Part shown: piece after piece, positions 40,520-53,181 of the stretch
Layout of the letters: the number at the start of each line of letters is the position of its first letter
Position numbering within the stretch: the stretch's first letter is position 1
NCBI GenBank assembly: GCA_964057225.1
Contig: OZ059898.1
Coordinates: forward strand, 7,564,001 to 7,628,000
Length of the DNA stretch: 64,000 nucleotides
Direction: 5' to 3'
Source of the DNA: Auanema rhodensis
Taxonomy: Eukaryota; Animalia; Nematoda
Position numbers and translations under genes: made by a program
The notes under the pieces: model-generated
Told to the model about the DNA's origin: nothing
The model's input: only the letters and a program-made list of their open reading frames with translations
Databases searched by the model: none

Positions 40520-43500
40520 ATGGACGGCCCTGCTGAGTGCGGTGTTCAGGTGAATTATTTCATAAATTAATTCGAATTTTATAAATTATTTGACCAGTTC
40601 AGGTCTTCTGCCGTATTAGGCCTCTCAACAAAACAGAAGAGAAAAATGCAGACCGTTTCTTACCCAAATTTCCTTCTGAGGATTCTATTTCTCTTGGTGT
40701 AAGTTTTTTTTAATGTAAAATAGCTAACTATTGAACAAGATTTTATTATAAATATAATCGAAATTATATGACTATTGGCCAATCGATTCTCACCCATGAG
40801 GCAATTGGTTCAAAATTTGTATAGTGCTGACAACAGGTGTGTCATCAAGGACCACTATCGTCAATAGACTATTACGTTCCATCCGACTATTATCAAGCCG
40901 ATGAAGAGGATATCTGAAAAATAGTATTTCTATGACACAAAATAGTTTCTTTCTCAGAGTAGAGATGTAGTTGAATGAAGTCGGCGCGTATATGTATAAA
41001 TAGTTTGCATTAGGCAGTCAGCTTGTAGAGCAAATAATATGTGACAGCGAAGACGACAAAGCGCTTGTTATGTTTGGCTTATTCTTAGATTAAAAAGATC
41101 AAAATTGTTTGTTATTAAACTTTTACATAAAGGTTTGACAACGGTTCTTCATATGTTCCTCATATGTTCATTTTCAACGTACAAATTAAGTTTAGTTGTA
41201 AATTCCACATTGTTACGTTGTATATGACTATGAAACAAGGTCAAGTCAAGTAATTTCTTGGGAAAACGGGGTTAATAAATAAAGTTCCATATGTTTTGGA
41301 ATTTAAATGAGGATTTGAGGGAAACAAATGAAATGTTCATGCTTTAGGGAAAAGTCTTCGTGTTTGACAAAGTCTTCAAGCCAAATACTACGCAGGAGCA
41401 AGTGTATATGGTAATAATATAGTTTCACAGGAAATAAGATGAAAAATATTTCTTTTCCAGGGAGCTGCTTATCACATTGTTCAAGATGTGTTATCCGGAT
41501 ACAACGGTACTGTGTTTGCATATGGACAAACATCTTCTGGAAAAACCCACACAATGGAAGTGAGAATTTCAATTTGTATATAAATATTATTTTAAATTTA
41601 AGGGTGTCCTTGGAGATACCAACTTCCAAGGTATTATACCTCGAATAGTTTCTGATATTTTCAATCATATCTATTCCATGGATGGGGATTTACAGTTCCA
41701 TATTAAAGTATCCTATTTCGAAATCTATAACGAGAAAATTCGTGATTTGTTAGATCGTAAGTTTATTATATTATTTTTATATTATAACATGAACATTTAA
41801 TAAAATTTAGCTGAAAAGGTCAATCTCTCTATCCATGAAGACAAGAATCGTGTTCCATATGTTAAAGGAGCTACCGAACGTTTTGTGTCATCTCCTGAAG
41901 AGGTTTTCTTATCTATTGAAGAGGGAAAAAGCAATCGTCAAGTCGCCGTTACAAGTTTGTCAAATCAAATAATTGAACTCTACAATGTGTTATTTTTACA
42001 GATATGAACGAACATTCTTCAAGATCTCACTCTGTTTTCTTGATTACTGTCAACCAAGAGAATCTAGTAACTAAGAAGCAGTTGTCGGGAAAGCTTTACT
42101 TGGTCGATTTAGCGGGTTCCGAAAAGGTATAATTGCTAACAATTATATTATAAACTATTTTAACTACAGGTCAGTAAAACCGGAGCTCAAGGAACTGTGT
42201 TAGAAGAAGCCAAAAATATCAATAAGTCACTTACTGCTCTAGGTATTGTTATTTCCGCTTTGGCTGAAGGAACGGTAATAAAGAACTTCAATATATTTTA
42301 CTATATCTCAAATGCAGAAGTCTCATGTACCGTATCGTGATTCAAAATTAACAAGAATCTTACAAGAGTCTTTGGGAGGAAACTCTCGAACCACTGTAAT
42401 TATTTGTGCTTCACCTTCTCATTTTAACGAGGCTGAAACTAAGTCTACTCTGCTTTTCGGACAAAGGTGATTTTTTTATATATCATTTTACTTTATTGTC
42501 TAATTTTTAGAGCCAAGACGATCAAGAACGTTGTACAAGTTAACGAAGAGCTTACAGCTGAAGAATGGAAGAGAAGATATGAAAAAGAAAGAGATAAAGT
42601 AGAGCGTTGATTATGTAACTCTATACTGTCTTACTTACTTATTATAGGTTGGAAGACTTCAATCTCTTCTCAATTCTGCTCAAGTTGAACTTCAACGATG
42701 GAGAGCTGGAGAACGTGTGTCAGAGGCTGAATGGGTATCTATCACCGAAAGTGTTATTAACACTGGTTCTGAAAGTATTTTTATTTAATTTATAAAAATG
42801 TAACTATGACTTATTAAGATGCCTCCACTCCATCTATGGAGAGATCAATGATAGCTCCTGCTCCTCCTATGCTGGTCTCTTCTGCTGGCCCAATTACTGA
42901 TGCTGAAAAGAGAAGATATGAAGAAGAGAGAACAAAATTATATCAGCAACTTGATGAGAAAGATGACGAAATTCAGAGAATCAGTCAAGAACAAGAGGCT
43001 ATGCGCCAACAGGTAGTCCATCATTATTAGATTAACTTAAGTTTCGAGTATTAGGTTCTTCTTCTCGAAGAGGGAATGGAAACTCTTCGTCACAACGAGG
43101 AAATTATTCGTGAAGAATCTCTCCGTTATCAGAAGGAGATTGATGAGAAGCAAGCCGAGAGCAAGGAGGTATTTAATCTCTGAACTTTAACTGGAAGTTT
43201 TTGTTCAATTTTCAGATGATGAATGCCATCGAAGAAATCGCTGCTACTCTTGACCAACGCCAACTTGAATGTGAACAGCTCAAGCGTGAATTAGACTCAC
43301 TCCAGGAAGAGAATCAAACCTTGGACAGCCGCAGAAATGAAGCGGAAGCTCAGTTACAACAACACATAATGGAGACTGGACCCAAGATCAAACATTTCAA
43401 GGATGCTATTTATAATATCATCAAAGAATACAATGTTGCGGAAGTTTCGTCTCAAAATGATAGCCTTCCTGATCACGACCTCTTAAATACGCTTCGTATT

Positions 43501-44637
43501 GGAGTCTCGAAAATGTTCAGTGAATATTCCGCTGCTAAGGAGGTTAGTATATTTCTCAGAGATAGTGATCTAAGTTTAAAATTTTAGATGAATGCCGCTG
43601 AAGCTCAGCTCTCATCTGATAACATCAAGAACCAAGAAATTACTAACTTGGATGGGCCTGATGCTGCCAAGTATAAGCATCTCCTTGTTCGGGATACCGC
43701 CGGCAAAGAATTAAAGCCTCTCACTGACCGAGTCAACATGGAAATTGCCACTTTGAAGAACTTGAAGAAGGAATTCGTCAGAGTTATGCTTGCAAAGTGT
43801 CAGGTAGCAAATCGTTATTAAGATGATGTAAATAATTTAATGCATTTAAAGGCTAGCCCAGAAGAGGATGAATGTTTATCCGGACCAGCACAAAGACAAC
43901 GCGTCCAATTTTTGGAGAACAATCTCGATAAATTAACGAAGGTTCACAAGCAGGTTAGTTTGTTAATTACCTGAAATTTCAATACTGGTATTTTCCAGCT
44001 CGTCAGAGATAATGCTGATCTTCGGGTTGAGCTGCCAAAGATGGAATCCCGTCTTCGTGCTCGTGAAGAAAGAATTAAGCAATTAGAATCCGCTCTTCGT
44101 GAAACCAAGGAACGCGCTCAACATGAACGTAGGAAGTATCAACAAGAAGTTGAAAGAATTAAGGACGCTGTGCGTCAAAGAAATATGCGTCGCCAGAATG
44201 CTCCACAAATTGTAAAACCAATTCGTCCAGGACAAGTAAAAAACATAATTTTCTTTCTCATTATCAGTACAATTAAATTACAGAACTATAGTTCACCAGC
44301 TGTTGTTCCTGTTATCCGCCCTGCTAATGCCGGTCAAGGTGAGCTCATAAAAGGAGTTCAAGTATAGGGACTCGTGGTCGGTTCTTCTGAGTATTATGTA
44401 TCCGTGGAAGATCTTGAAAACTCAGAAGCCGGCCAATACAAATGTTACCCCAATACCATGAGTATTTCTCAATTTATAGCTGATATTTGAATCAAAACCT
44501 CGAATCTTTTTTTTAGATGCTCAAATCACATTCAGCAGAGATCCGTTTTTGGTCCAAAATATAAACAAACCCTAATGTTTCTACAAATAACATATTGGTG
44601 TGATTATCTAACGTTGTCTCTTTCAGCTGCCCAATAA
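40520..44637 (+). CDS. unc-116: Kinesin-1 heavy chain; last exon ambiguous (stop at 44367 unspliced, or at 44490, 44575 or 44637 via alternative acceptors)
   Basis: [81 protein letters not shown] and the tail QIVKPIRPG (IAK-like motif). Confidence 0.97.
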
Positions 44638-45485
44638 GGAGAGAAATCTTAAAATAGAGCTTCGTCAGAGCTGTTCCGCGGTTCCGTCGCCTTAAATTCT
44701 CTGTGGGCTATGTATTTCATCAAAACTGTCTTGTGTCTGTCACTACTTTTCTCGGAAGGTAGTCTTTTATCTCTGCTGCTGCTGTGATGTCTTATTTCCA
44801 TAAAATTGGCATCTCTTTTTTTTTGTCAGTTATGTTGCCTTCTATACGGTAGTCACGATTGTTTATTATGTATAATTTATTGTTTTCCAAATTGCTCTTG
44901 GTGGGTTCAACTCTTATCTTGTACAGTTAATCTTATTAGGCGTATTCAGCCCTCAATCTTCGGTTCGGATTGTGCTTTTACCTTGTCTTCTCCACTAATC
45001 GAGCTTCTTCACCTGGTTGTTCCTCTGGTTGCCAAACGCATCCTCTCTAACTAAATTGGTTGTGTGTGTATGCGACTAACATTACCAAATCTAGTTCTAA
45101 CGATAGTCTTTTCAGCTATGTGCATGTGATTTTATCTCTTTTCTCGATAATGGCATAACTTTTCCTTTTAAACTATTATTATTATTATAATAAATCTGCT
45201 TTTCAAATAATATGTAAGAATAACACTGAAGATTGCATGAAATTTATTGAGTGAATGAACGAAATATCAATGAACCCCCAACCAGCAACACGAACACGTA
45301 CCCTAGAAAATTCAGTGACATTGCAATTAAATTATTCAATTATATTTGATGGATTTCAGTTGATCTGGTAATTGTAAATATATATTAGTAATATCTTTTA
45401 TTCGAATAGAGGGTCATTCAATCCCAATCGTATCATATTCATTTTATCGTCTTGTATACTTGTTTCTTAGATATTCTAGACTAAA

Positions 45486-45683
45486 ATGGTTGCTTGGAGA
45501 ACTGCCGGAATTAACTATGTTCGCTTCTCTCAAATTGCTGCTGAGATCACCAAGAATTGTATCAAAGTTAGTAAATATTTTCAAACCAAATATTGTTTTA
45601 TTGTTTAGAATGATACAAAGAAAGCTCCAGCTACCTTGAAGACAGTTGTTTGGGAAAACGGCAAACCCAAGCCCAAAAATTGA
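45486..45683 (+). CDS. Mitochondrial F1 ATP synthase subunit epsilon (51 aa, 2 exons; missed by the ORF track)
   Basis: MVAWRTAGINYVRFSQIAAEITKNCIK|NDTKKAPATLKTVVWENGKPKPKN*. The WR.AG.NY..FS.IAA and WENGK signatures are present. Intron 45567-45608. Confidence 0.93.
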
Positions 45684-46358
45684 TGCCTTGGTAAAATCTC
45701 TAGAAAAATGTTAAGCTGATATTAGTGAAAGTTTTAATAAAGCTCTAGTCATAATTCACTTCTGTAACAAAAAAAATGTTTGAAACAACTTTATCACGTC
45801 AGAACGGCGAAATAAACATGTTAGAAGATAATGCCATTATTTGAATGAAATGTGCATATATAAAATCGGAGCTATCTAGTCACAAGTGCAGAATAAAACC
45901 AAAACTAGTGCAAAAAGCGGGATAAAATATGCTCAAAACTACTATAAACGGGGATGAGTTCAAAAGGATTGCAAAATAAGTCGAGAAATGTTACCAAAAC
46001 AATCAGTAATCTCTGGTAACACTTAACACCTTAATATGTTATTTGTTACACCCCTAAAATCAAATCATCTTCAATACTGCAAAAAAAATGAAAAAAAAAT
46101 ATATAGTTTGGACCCGCTCCCTCTACACGCTTTGCCACACCAGGAGGTTGGCTAAGATATCTATACTCTAGCCCGAAGACCTGCTCATTTAGTACAAAAG
46201 CGAATTTAGCAACAGATCTCAAAAACCGAAAAGTGCGTGAAAGCAAAAAAAATACGCAGACCACCACTGCTTATACCGATTAAATGGACAATACAAGTCA
46301 GAAGAAAATGCTACAACACTATGAGGGGACAAGAAGACATGATGAGAAAAACAGATTT

Positions 46359-46470
46359 AGAGAGAAAGAGGAGAGAAAGAGGAGAGAAGAGGAGAAGAGG
46401 AGAAGAGGAGAAGAGAGGATAGAAGAGGAGAGGAGAGGAGAGAAAGAGGATAGGAGAGGAGAGAGAAAAA
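46359..46470. repeat. Polypurine (GA/GGA) tract, read as polypyrimidine in the ifet-1 3' region
   Basis: ~110 nt almost entirely A/G. Confidence 0.85.
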
Positions 46471-46926
46471 GACAAGTGAGAGAAGGGGAAAACATCCAAT
46501 CAAATATGGCTAACATCAGTATTAACGTTGAAGATGCCAACATAAGTTACAACATCGCTCATAGAGGAAATCATCGATAAAGACAAGAATGAAACCATAT
46601 CCAGCCAGTGAATAAGATAGTGCTGAGAATGGGTAACCACCAGCAATTAGGTGGGATGGAATAATGAAATTTAAATGCCCGTGGCATATTGTCAGAAAAA
46701 TGACAGCAAAGGAAAGCCAGAACAATAACTATCAAACTAACTTGGGACCATATCCCAGTTTAACTCGTAGCAACATAAAATACACAGTAATCTATGCTAA
46801 GATAATATTAAGTTCAATTCTCATGTCGCCTTAATAAAATAAAAAATAAAACTAAGCTAAGTCAAGCGAAAGAAGTTCAAAGCAGAAGAAATGTAACTAT
46901 TACGAACTTCGAGGTACTCCATGTGC

Positions 46927-49900
46927 TTACTTGGTTTCTGTTAGCTGACGTTCAAGCTCTTCCAAACTAATAGGGCGAGCATTGGTTGGAATTCCATGAG
47001 GATTATTTACCTAAATAACATATCCTATTCTATTCATGTTCTTTTACTTACACTTTGCGAGTTATGGGAAGAAGATCGATGAGCTTGACTATCTGAAGAA
47101 CCCGTGAAATGAGCTGCTTGAACACCAGCAGCAGCTAGAATTTTCTCCAGTGGAGTCTGAATAGGACCAACCTAAAAGTCAAGAATTTGTTCTTTTTCCA
47201 AACAAGTATATACCTGAGAAAGTTCACTTTGCATAGTACCTTGTCCATTAGTTTGACCAGCACGAGGCATTGTAAATTGTCCTTGACGATCAATCTGATG
47301 ACCAATTGGAGGCTAAACTAACTATAAACAGTTATAAGACAGTTTAAATTACCTGAGATGGTTGCATATTAGATTGATTCATTTGCATTAATTTTAAAGC
47401 CTGCTGATTCTGAAGCAACAGTCGCAATTGCTGGTGTTTAGCAAGCTGAGCTTGCATTTGAAGACTAGCTTGTTGGTTGGAGCTAGGATTGCGCCAAGCT
47501 GCCATAGGTAATCCAGCTGAAAAACATTAGTATCTAATTAAATTTTCAATTAAATTTACTCTGCATCGCACTCATAAGAGTATTATATTGCTGTTGCATT
47601 TGGAGCTTCTTAAGCGCCTCTGATTGTGTGCGATCAGGATTTTCTAAATATAGGATTTAAACATTTAAACATTTTTTTTTACTATTCCTGACCTTCCCCT
47701 TCTCTATCTTTTCTTTCTTCGACAGTAGATGTACTGGTTTTATTCATTTGTCTCTGAACAGAAGAAGGAATCAAACGAGCAGCAGGAGCCGTACGTGGAG
47801 CCTAAAAATTATTATGGTTCTAAAACTATTTGCCCTAAATCTGAACCTTTTGTTGTTGCTGTTGCTGTTGCTGTTGTTGTTGTTGTTGCTGTTGTTGTTG
47901 TTGTTGCTGTTGCTGTTGCTGTTGTTGTTGCTGTTGCTGTTGTTGCTGTTGATGATGATGAACTATAGCAGCCATAGCGTGACGTTGTTGATTAACAAAG
48001 CTGGCAATTACATTAGCACGAATACGTTCGGCTAAATTTAAAATTTTGTTGTTGAAAATTAAATGTTCATTACCTAAATGAGGATGAGGAATTCCATCAC
48101 CTCCGTTAGCAACTGATTGAGCAATGGCCTGCTGCAGTTGGGCATTATATGCTTGTTGAAGCTGGGCTTGAACTACAGGATCTAAACAAAGAACATTAAT
48201 GTTAATTGCTAACTTTAAGACGTACGAGCAATATTGGGAAGTACTGATAAGCCTGGATGAAAACCAGCGAAGGGGACGTTTCCTGGTAAAACCGGTGGTG
48301 GGCTTCCACCACTAACATTCTCTTCTTGTACGCGCTGCTTCGCCATATTTTGTAATTTACTTAACAATTGCGCTTGTTGAGCTGGATCTTGTAACGGATT
48401 GCCCTTATGCGGCTATAAATATTTAACAGATGATCAAAATTCTTTTAAAAGCCAAACCCCTTCCGTATTTCTATCAATCCTAATATCCCTTTCAAGATCT
48501 TCCAACCTCATTCCATGAGCTGGATAACCCTGTGGAAGCTGAATAATAAAAATTAATCTATACTTCAAAGTAACATACCATAGATGTAGGTGTTTGTCCT
48601 CCAGAAGATGGCGTTTTTCTGAATATTTTTCCCATAATAGAAGAAGCATCCTCAGCACCATGTCTCTGATGAGATTGATGCGAAGTTTGGTTATGTCCGC
48701 TTCGTGAATCAGAAACAATGCCTTAAAAGTTAAAATCTTTAAAAGCTAAAAAGAAACAAAACCAACCATACTCTGAACTTCTTTGGAAAAATTTACTTAA
48801 ACGACTTCCAGAAGGAATTCCTGTTTGAGAAGACACGGCCTGAACATCAAGCAGAGACATATATAGTCTAGAATATATTATCGACTTACATTATCAAGTA
48901 AAGGCACGTCAGGAGTAGCATCTAGCCCTAGAATAGCAGCAAATTCAGCATCAGTAGTAGGAAGTTTAGTAGGAAGCTGGGACCCTAAACGCAAAAAAAA
49001 AATTTGTGCTATACGAACCACAATACCGGCTTCACTGGGGGTTTCACGAGAAGAAGGACGAGAGTTTTGCTTAGCCTCTCGCTTTTCCTTTCTATCAACA
49101 TCTCCTTTGTCTTTCTGCTTGCCACCCTTCTTCTCTTAAAAAAAGGGTTGCTAATGCAGTAAATATTAAAATTACGTACTTTTACTGGGTTCTTCGAAAC
49201 CACGAAGTTCGATCATATCGTCCATTGTGGTAGCTCCGTCAGCCCACTCAGGAACACGCTCTCCACGATCATCATTTCTTTAAAAATTATTGTGCACTGC
49301 CAAAATACAAGTTAACAAAACCTATAATTTCTGGCAGGAATAAATTTCCCAGTACTGGAAAATGATCCGCCTTGTTTCTCTTTTCCATCCACCGTTTTCC
49401 ATCCGCCACCTGAGCGGTTACTTCTCTCGCTCCCGTTCTTTTGCTGAATAGGTTGGTGTAACTCATAGGATAAGATTTTTCATACGAATGGTAATTTAAA
49501 ATCATTGCTTTTACTATTGGAACTGTACTTTTCACCAAATCCCCCAGCACCACTACGCCATTTGCTTGTACCACTTGAACCTAGTCTGCAAAAAGAAAGT
49601 GGGAAATAAAGACTAAACTAAATAACTACCTGTCTCTATTTTCACGATCATTGCGACTATCAACTGTGCTCCAGCCTTCTTCTTTGGAACTTCCTTCAAC
49701 GATAGAAATTACACTAGCAACACGCAATAATTATACCATCTTTTTCTCTTTTATCTTCAGAAGGTGGTGCTCTACAACCACCGGAAAATCCGCGTCGTTG
49801 AGGAGAAAGGCCTGCATTATCCTCTCCTTCGCGAAGTTCCTATATGAATTAAGTAAAACGTCCTTAATATACATAAAGAGTACCTGTAATTTTTTCATAG

Positions 49901-50200
49901 GAGCTTTATTTTTAATTCCTTCAATTTCCCACTGATACTCCAACCATTTAAAAGGAGAAAATTTGCCATCTTCCCTAAAATAATGAACAAAGTTAAAGAG
50001 AAACAGCTAAAACTGTACCCATCAAAGTCAGTGGAGAGATAATCAGGACGATCAACGCTTAGAGGATATTTGCTCATACGTAACATTTCTTCTCTGTTAT
50101 ATCTGAATATCTCTCCTGTTGCTCTTGGAACAAATTTTTGACCAAGAAGATTTGATACCATTGGATGTACACCACTTTCATCTTCTGATTGGCTTGACAT
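46927..50200 (-). CDS. ifet-1: eIF4E transporter (4E-T) orthologue
   Basis: N-terminal eIF4E-binding-type motif RYNREEMLRM, ERVPEWADG, MRLEDLE and a Q-rich C-terminus ending ISLEELERQLTETK*. It is adjacent to rps-1, as recalled for C. elegans cosmid F56F3. Confidence 0.85.
47850..47951 (-). repeat. Coding CAA/CAG repeat encoding ~34 glutamines in IFET-1
   Basis: HHH followed by an uninterrupted Q run in the spliced frame. Confidence 0.9.
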
Positions 50201-50899
50201 ATTTACAAGAAACTACAAAATGATAAATAAATTCTCAAAAACAATATTAATTAAAACACATCAAAAATTATAAAACAAAAAATTTTATAAGTAATTTTAC
50301 AGGAAGATAATCACGCTATGATAGCCTGGTATTAAAATAAGTTTGAAAGTAAGATAACACCAACTAATGCTTCTAAAGAAAGCTTAGGAAATCAATAACA
50401 TTGATTCTAAAAAATAAAAAATAATAATCTATACAGAATATTCATCATCTTAAATTATCAAAATTATTGTTAAAAATTCCTCATGAAGTATCGCGCGCCA
50501 TTGAATTACTACGGTATATATCCTCGCTGCGGCGTGTTCTGGGGTGTATGCCTTACACCTCGAGAAATTGTCTCTATATGAGCAATATTTTAGGCCAATC
50601 CCTGTTTTCTCTATATCTTTGAGCTTTTTGTTTTTTATTGAACTGTTTCATGTTAATGATAAATACACTGAAATCATCTAAGAGTGTTAGTGTTGAGTTA
50701 TTTCTTTGGATGATCATGTTTCCCGTTTTTTATATGTAATTTTGTCCATTTCACTGCTGGCTACTTATTACTTTAAAATTTTTGAGGTGGTTATTATATT
50801 ACCTTTGCTGTATTTTTCCTATTTGTTTCGTTTTTAATATAATTTTTTAACGGTTTATTCGTTATAGTTTACATTTCAGCTTGGCAATACCGCTAAAAG

Positions 50900-51761
50900 A
50901 TGGCGGTCGGAAAAAATAACAACAAAATGGGAAAGAAGGGAGGTAAGAAGAAGGCTGTCGATCCCTTCTCCCGTAAGGAGTGGTATGATATCAAGGCTCC
51001 TTCCATGTTCGCCAATCGTCAAGTCGGAAAGACTTTGATCAACAGAACCCAAGGAACCAAGATTGCTTCCGAAGGACTCAAGGGACGTGTCTATGAAGCC
51101 TCTCTTGGAGACCTCAACGACTCTGAGGCTGACTTCAGAAAGTTCAAGCTTGTCTGTGAGGAAGTTCAAGGAAAGAACGTTCTTACCAACTTCCATGCTA
51201 TGTCCATGACTCACGATAAGCTCTGCTCTATCGTCAAGAAGTGGCACGTAAGTCGTTTTTTTAAAAACAAAAATTGAAACTGTTTTTTAGACTCTCATCC
51301 ATGCCAACACTGCCGTTAAGACCACCGACGGATATCTCCTTCGTCTTTTCTGTATTGGATTCACCCACAAGACTGCCAACCATGTCAGAAAGACTTGCTA
51401 CACCAAGGGATCTAAGGTCCGCGCCATCCGCGCTCGCATGGTCGAGCTTATGCAAAAGGAGGTTGGTTGAAATCTAATATTTTGAAAAATATTTTTTAAA
51501 TTTCAGGTCTCCGGTTGCGACCTTAAGGAGGTTGTCTCAAAGTTGATCCCAGATTCCATCGGAAAGGATATCGAGAAGGCCTGCAGCATTCTCTATCCCC
51601 TTCAAGACGTGTACATTCGCAAGGTCAAGATCCTCAAGAAGCCACGTTACGACATCGGACGACTCATGGATCTCCATGCTGACTCCGGAGCCGTTGGAAC
51701 TGATGGAAAGAAGATCGACAGACCAGACGACTATGAGCCTCCAGTCCAACAGGATGTTTAA
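50900..51761 (+). CDS. rps-1: 40S ribosomal protein eS1 (S3a), 3 exons
   Basis: [34 protein letters not shown]...[17 protein letters not shown]...[14 protein letters not shown]. Strong C-ending codon bias; TTTCAG acceptor at 50873-50878. Confidence 0.98.
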
Positions 51762-51830
51762 ATTGTTTTGTTATTTCGCTTTGCGATAAATGTTATCAAT
51801 TCAATGTTAAAAACTTTATTCAGTACATTT

Positions 51831-53181
51831 TCAACGAGCACGGTTTCCTTTCGTAATGGTTACTAGAGCATCTCTATACGCTCCTTTACATTCTTCTTTG
51901 ATAAGCTGAAAGTATTTATTTTGAATGGAAATATTTTGAGCTAATTTTACTTCAATAAGACTTTTCTTATAGAAAACATGGTACAATTCCCCTATTTGTG
52001 CAAGGTCTATCTCTGAACGTCCAACCAGAACTCTGATCAAATCCTTATCTCTTGTTCCCAATCCCTATAAATGAATTTGATCTCCTATTATTCAGAGTGA
52101 CAGATTACCTTCGTAGCTTGATAGATCTGATGCGCAAAATATCTGGGTTTTCCATGCGAAACCAGTAATAGCGCCTATACACTTATGTAATAGTTCTATG
52201 AAGTTACCAGTTTACCTGTAACACGTTTCTCATGTCTCCACTGAATTCTTTTTCTATTATCTTTTCAAGCTGATGGCCGGACATTCTTTCAAATTCAGAG
52301 GCTATGTGACGAATGTGATGTGAGTTCGCAGTGCAAAGAATTTTAAACTAAATTTTCACTTTAATCGAAATTTATTTGTTTATTTTGCTCACCGCATCAA
52401 ACTTATCAATTCCATTTTTTTTGTCGCAGGAGCGTAATATATTTTGAGCGTCCTGAAGAAAACTGCGGTTATTTGATAATTTTTTTTCTGACCTCCTGAG
52501 CTCTATATGATACTGTATGATCTGTTTCATCTCTTCTTCCCTGAATTAGAATCTGTAGTATGCGGCGAAAATCTCCTGAAGTGTCCGACGATACAGCTTC
52601 TTCTAGAGTTTTACCATATGTAGTGAAATAGCAGTTCCTATGAAAGGAATTATTATTTTCCAACAATTATTTTTCGATTTTGCTCACCGGATTGATTCTA
52701 TTTCTTCATTTGTGCGGGAAACCAAAATCTCGATTAAAACTTTTTCGTTTGTTCCCAAACCCTGCCTAACAGTATATTCTAAGATTTTTTGTTTGTCTTA
52801 CCTTAACAGCTCTATGCAATTCCAAAGTATCAAATTTTGTCGGCGTTTGAACAAGAGCTACTACAAAGTCTTTTACAATGATGAATAATAAAAGTGCTTG
52901 AACTAACTGATCACATCTTCTAGTTCACCACTCAAAGTTTTCTTCAGTTCTTCTTCCAGGTCTTTACCGTAACGAACTTTATAAGGTGTACGAATCGGAA
53001 GAAAAATGATAAAACTGCGAAATTATGTTTTAATGATTACCATTTGTCTTTGAGAGTTACAAATATGGACCAAGATATCCACAACTCTTTGCTTTTCCTT
53101 GTTTCTCATAGCTCTCTCAAGGGTTTCGGATGCAGATTCGTCGTCAAAACTGGTAGCAACATGAATGGTTCCAAAAGTCAT
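51831..53181 (-). CDS. nex-3: Annexin, most similar to recalled NEX-3
   Basis: QRQM|IRTPYKVRYGKDLEEELKKTLSGELED, GLGTNEKVLIEILVSRTNEEI, LEEAVSSDTSGDFRRIL and GMGTRDKDLIRVLVGRSEIDL. The first intron appears to end in CG (see findings). Confidence 0.85.

Noticed and set aside
45243-45302. Minus-strand acceptor, short exon and AATAAA
   Set aside because: No upstream exon or start could be joined convincingly.
46237-46580. Overlapping R/E-rich and L/S-rich ORFs
   Set aside because: Artefacts of the polypurine tract.
47729-48035. Poly-L and poly-V ORFs on the + strand
   Set aside because: Antisense frames of the ifet-1 poly-Q exon.
50876-51749. Antisense ORFs over rps-1
   Set aside because: Expected from strong codon bias.
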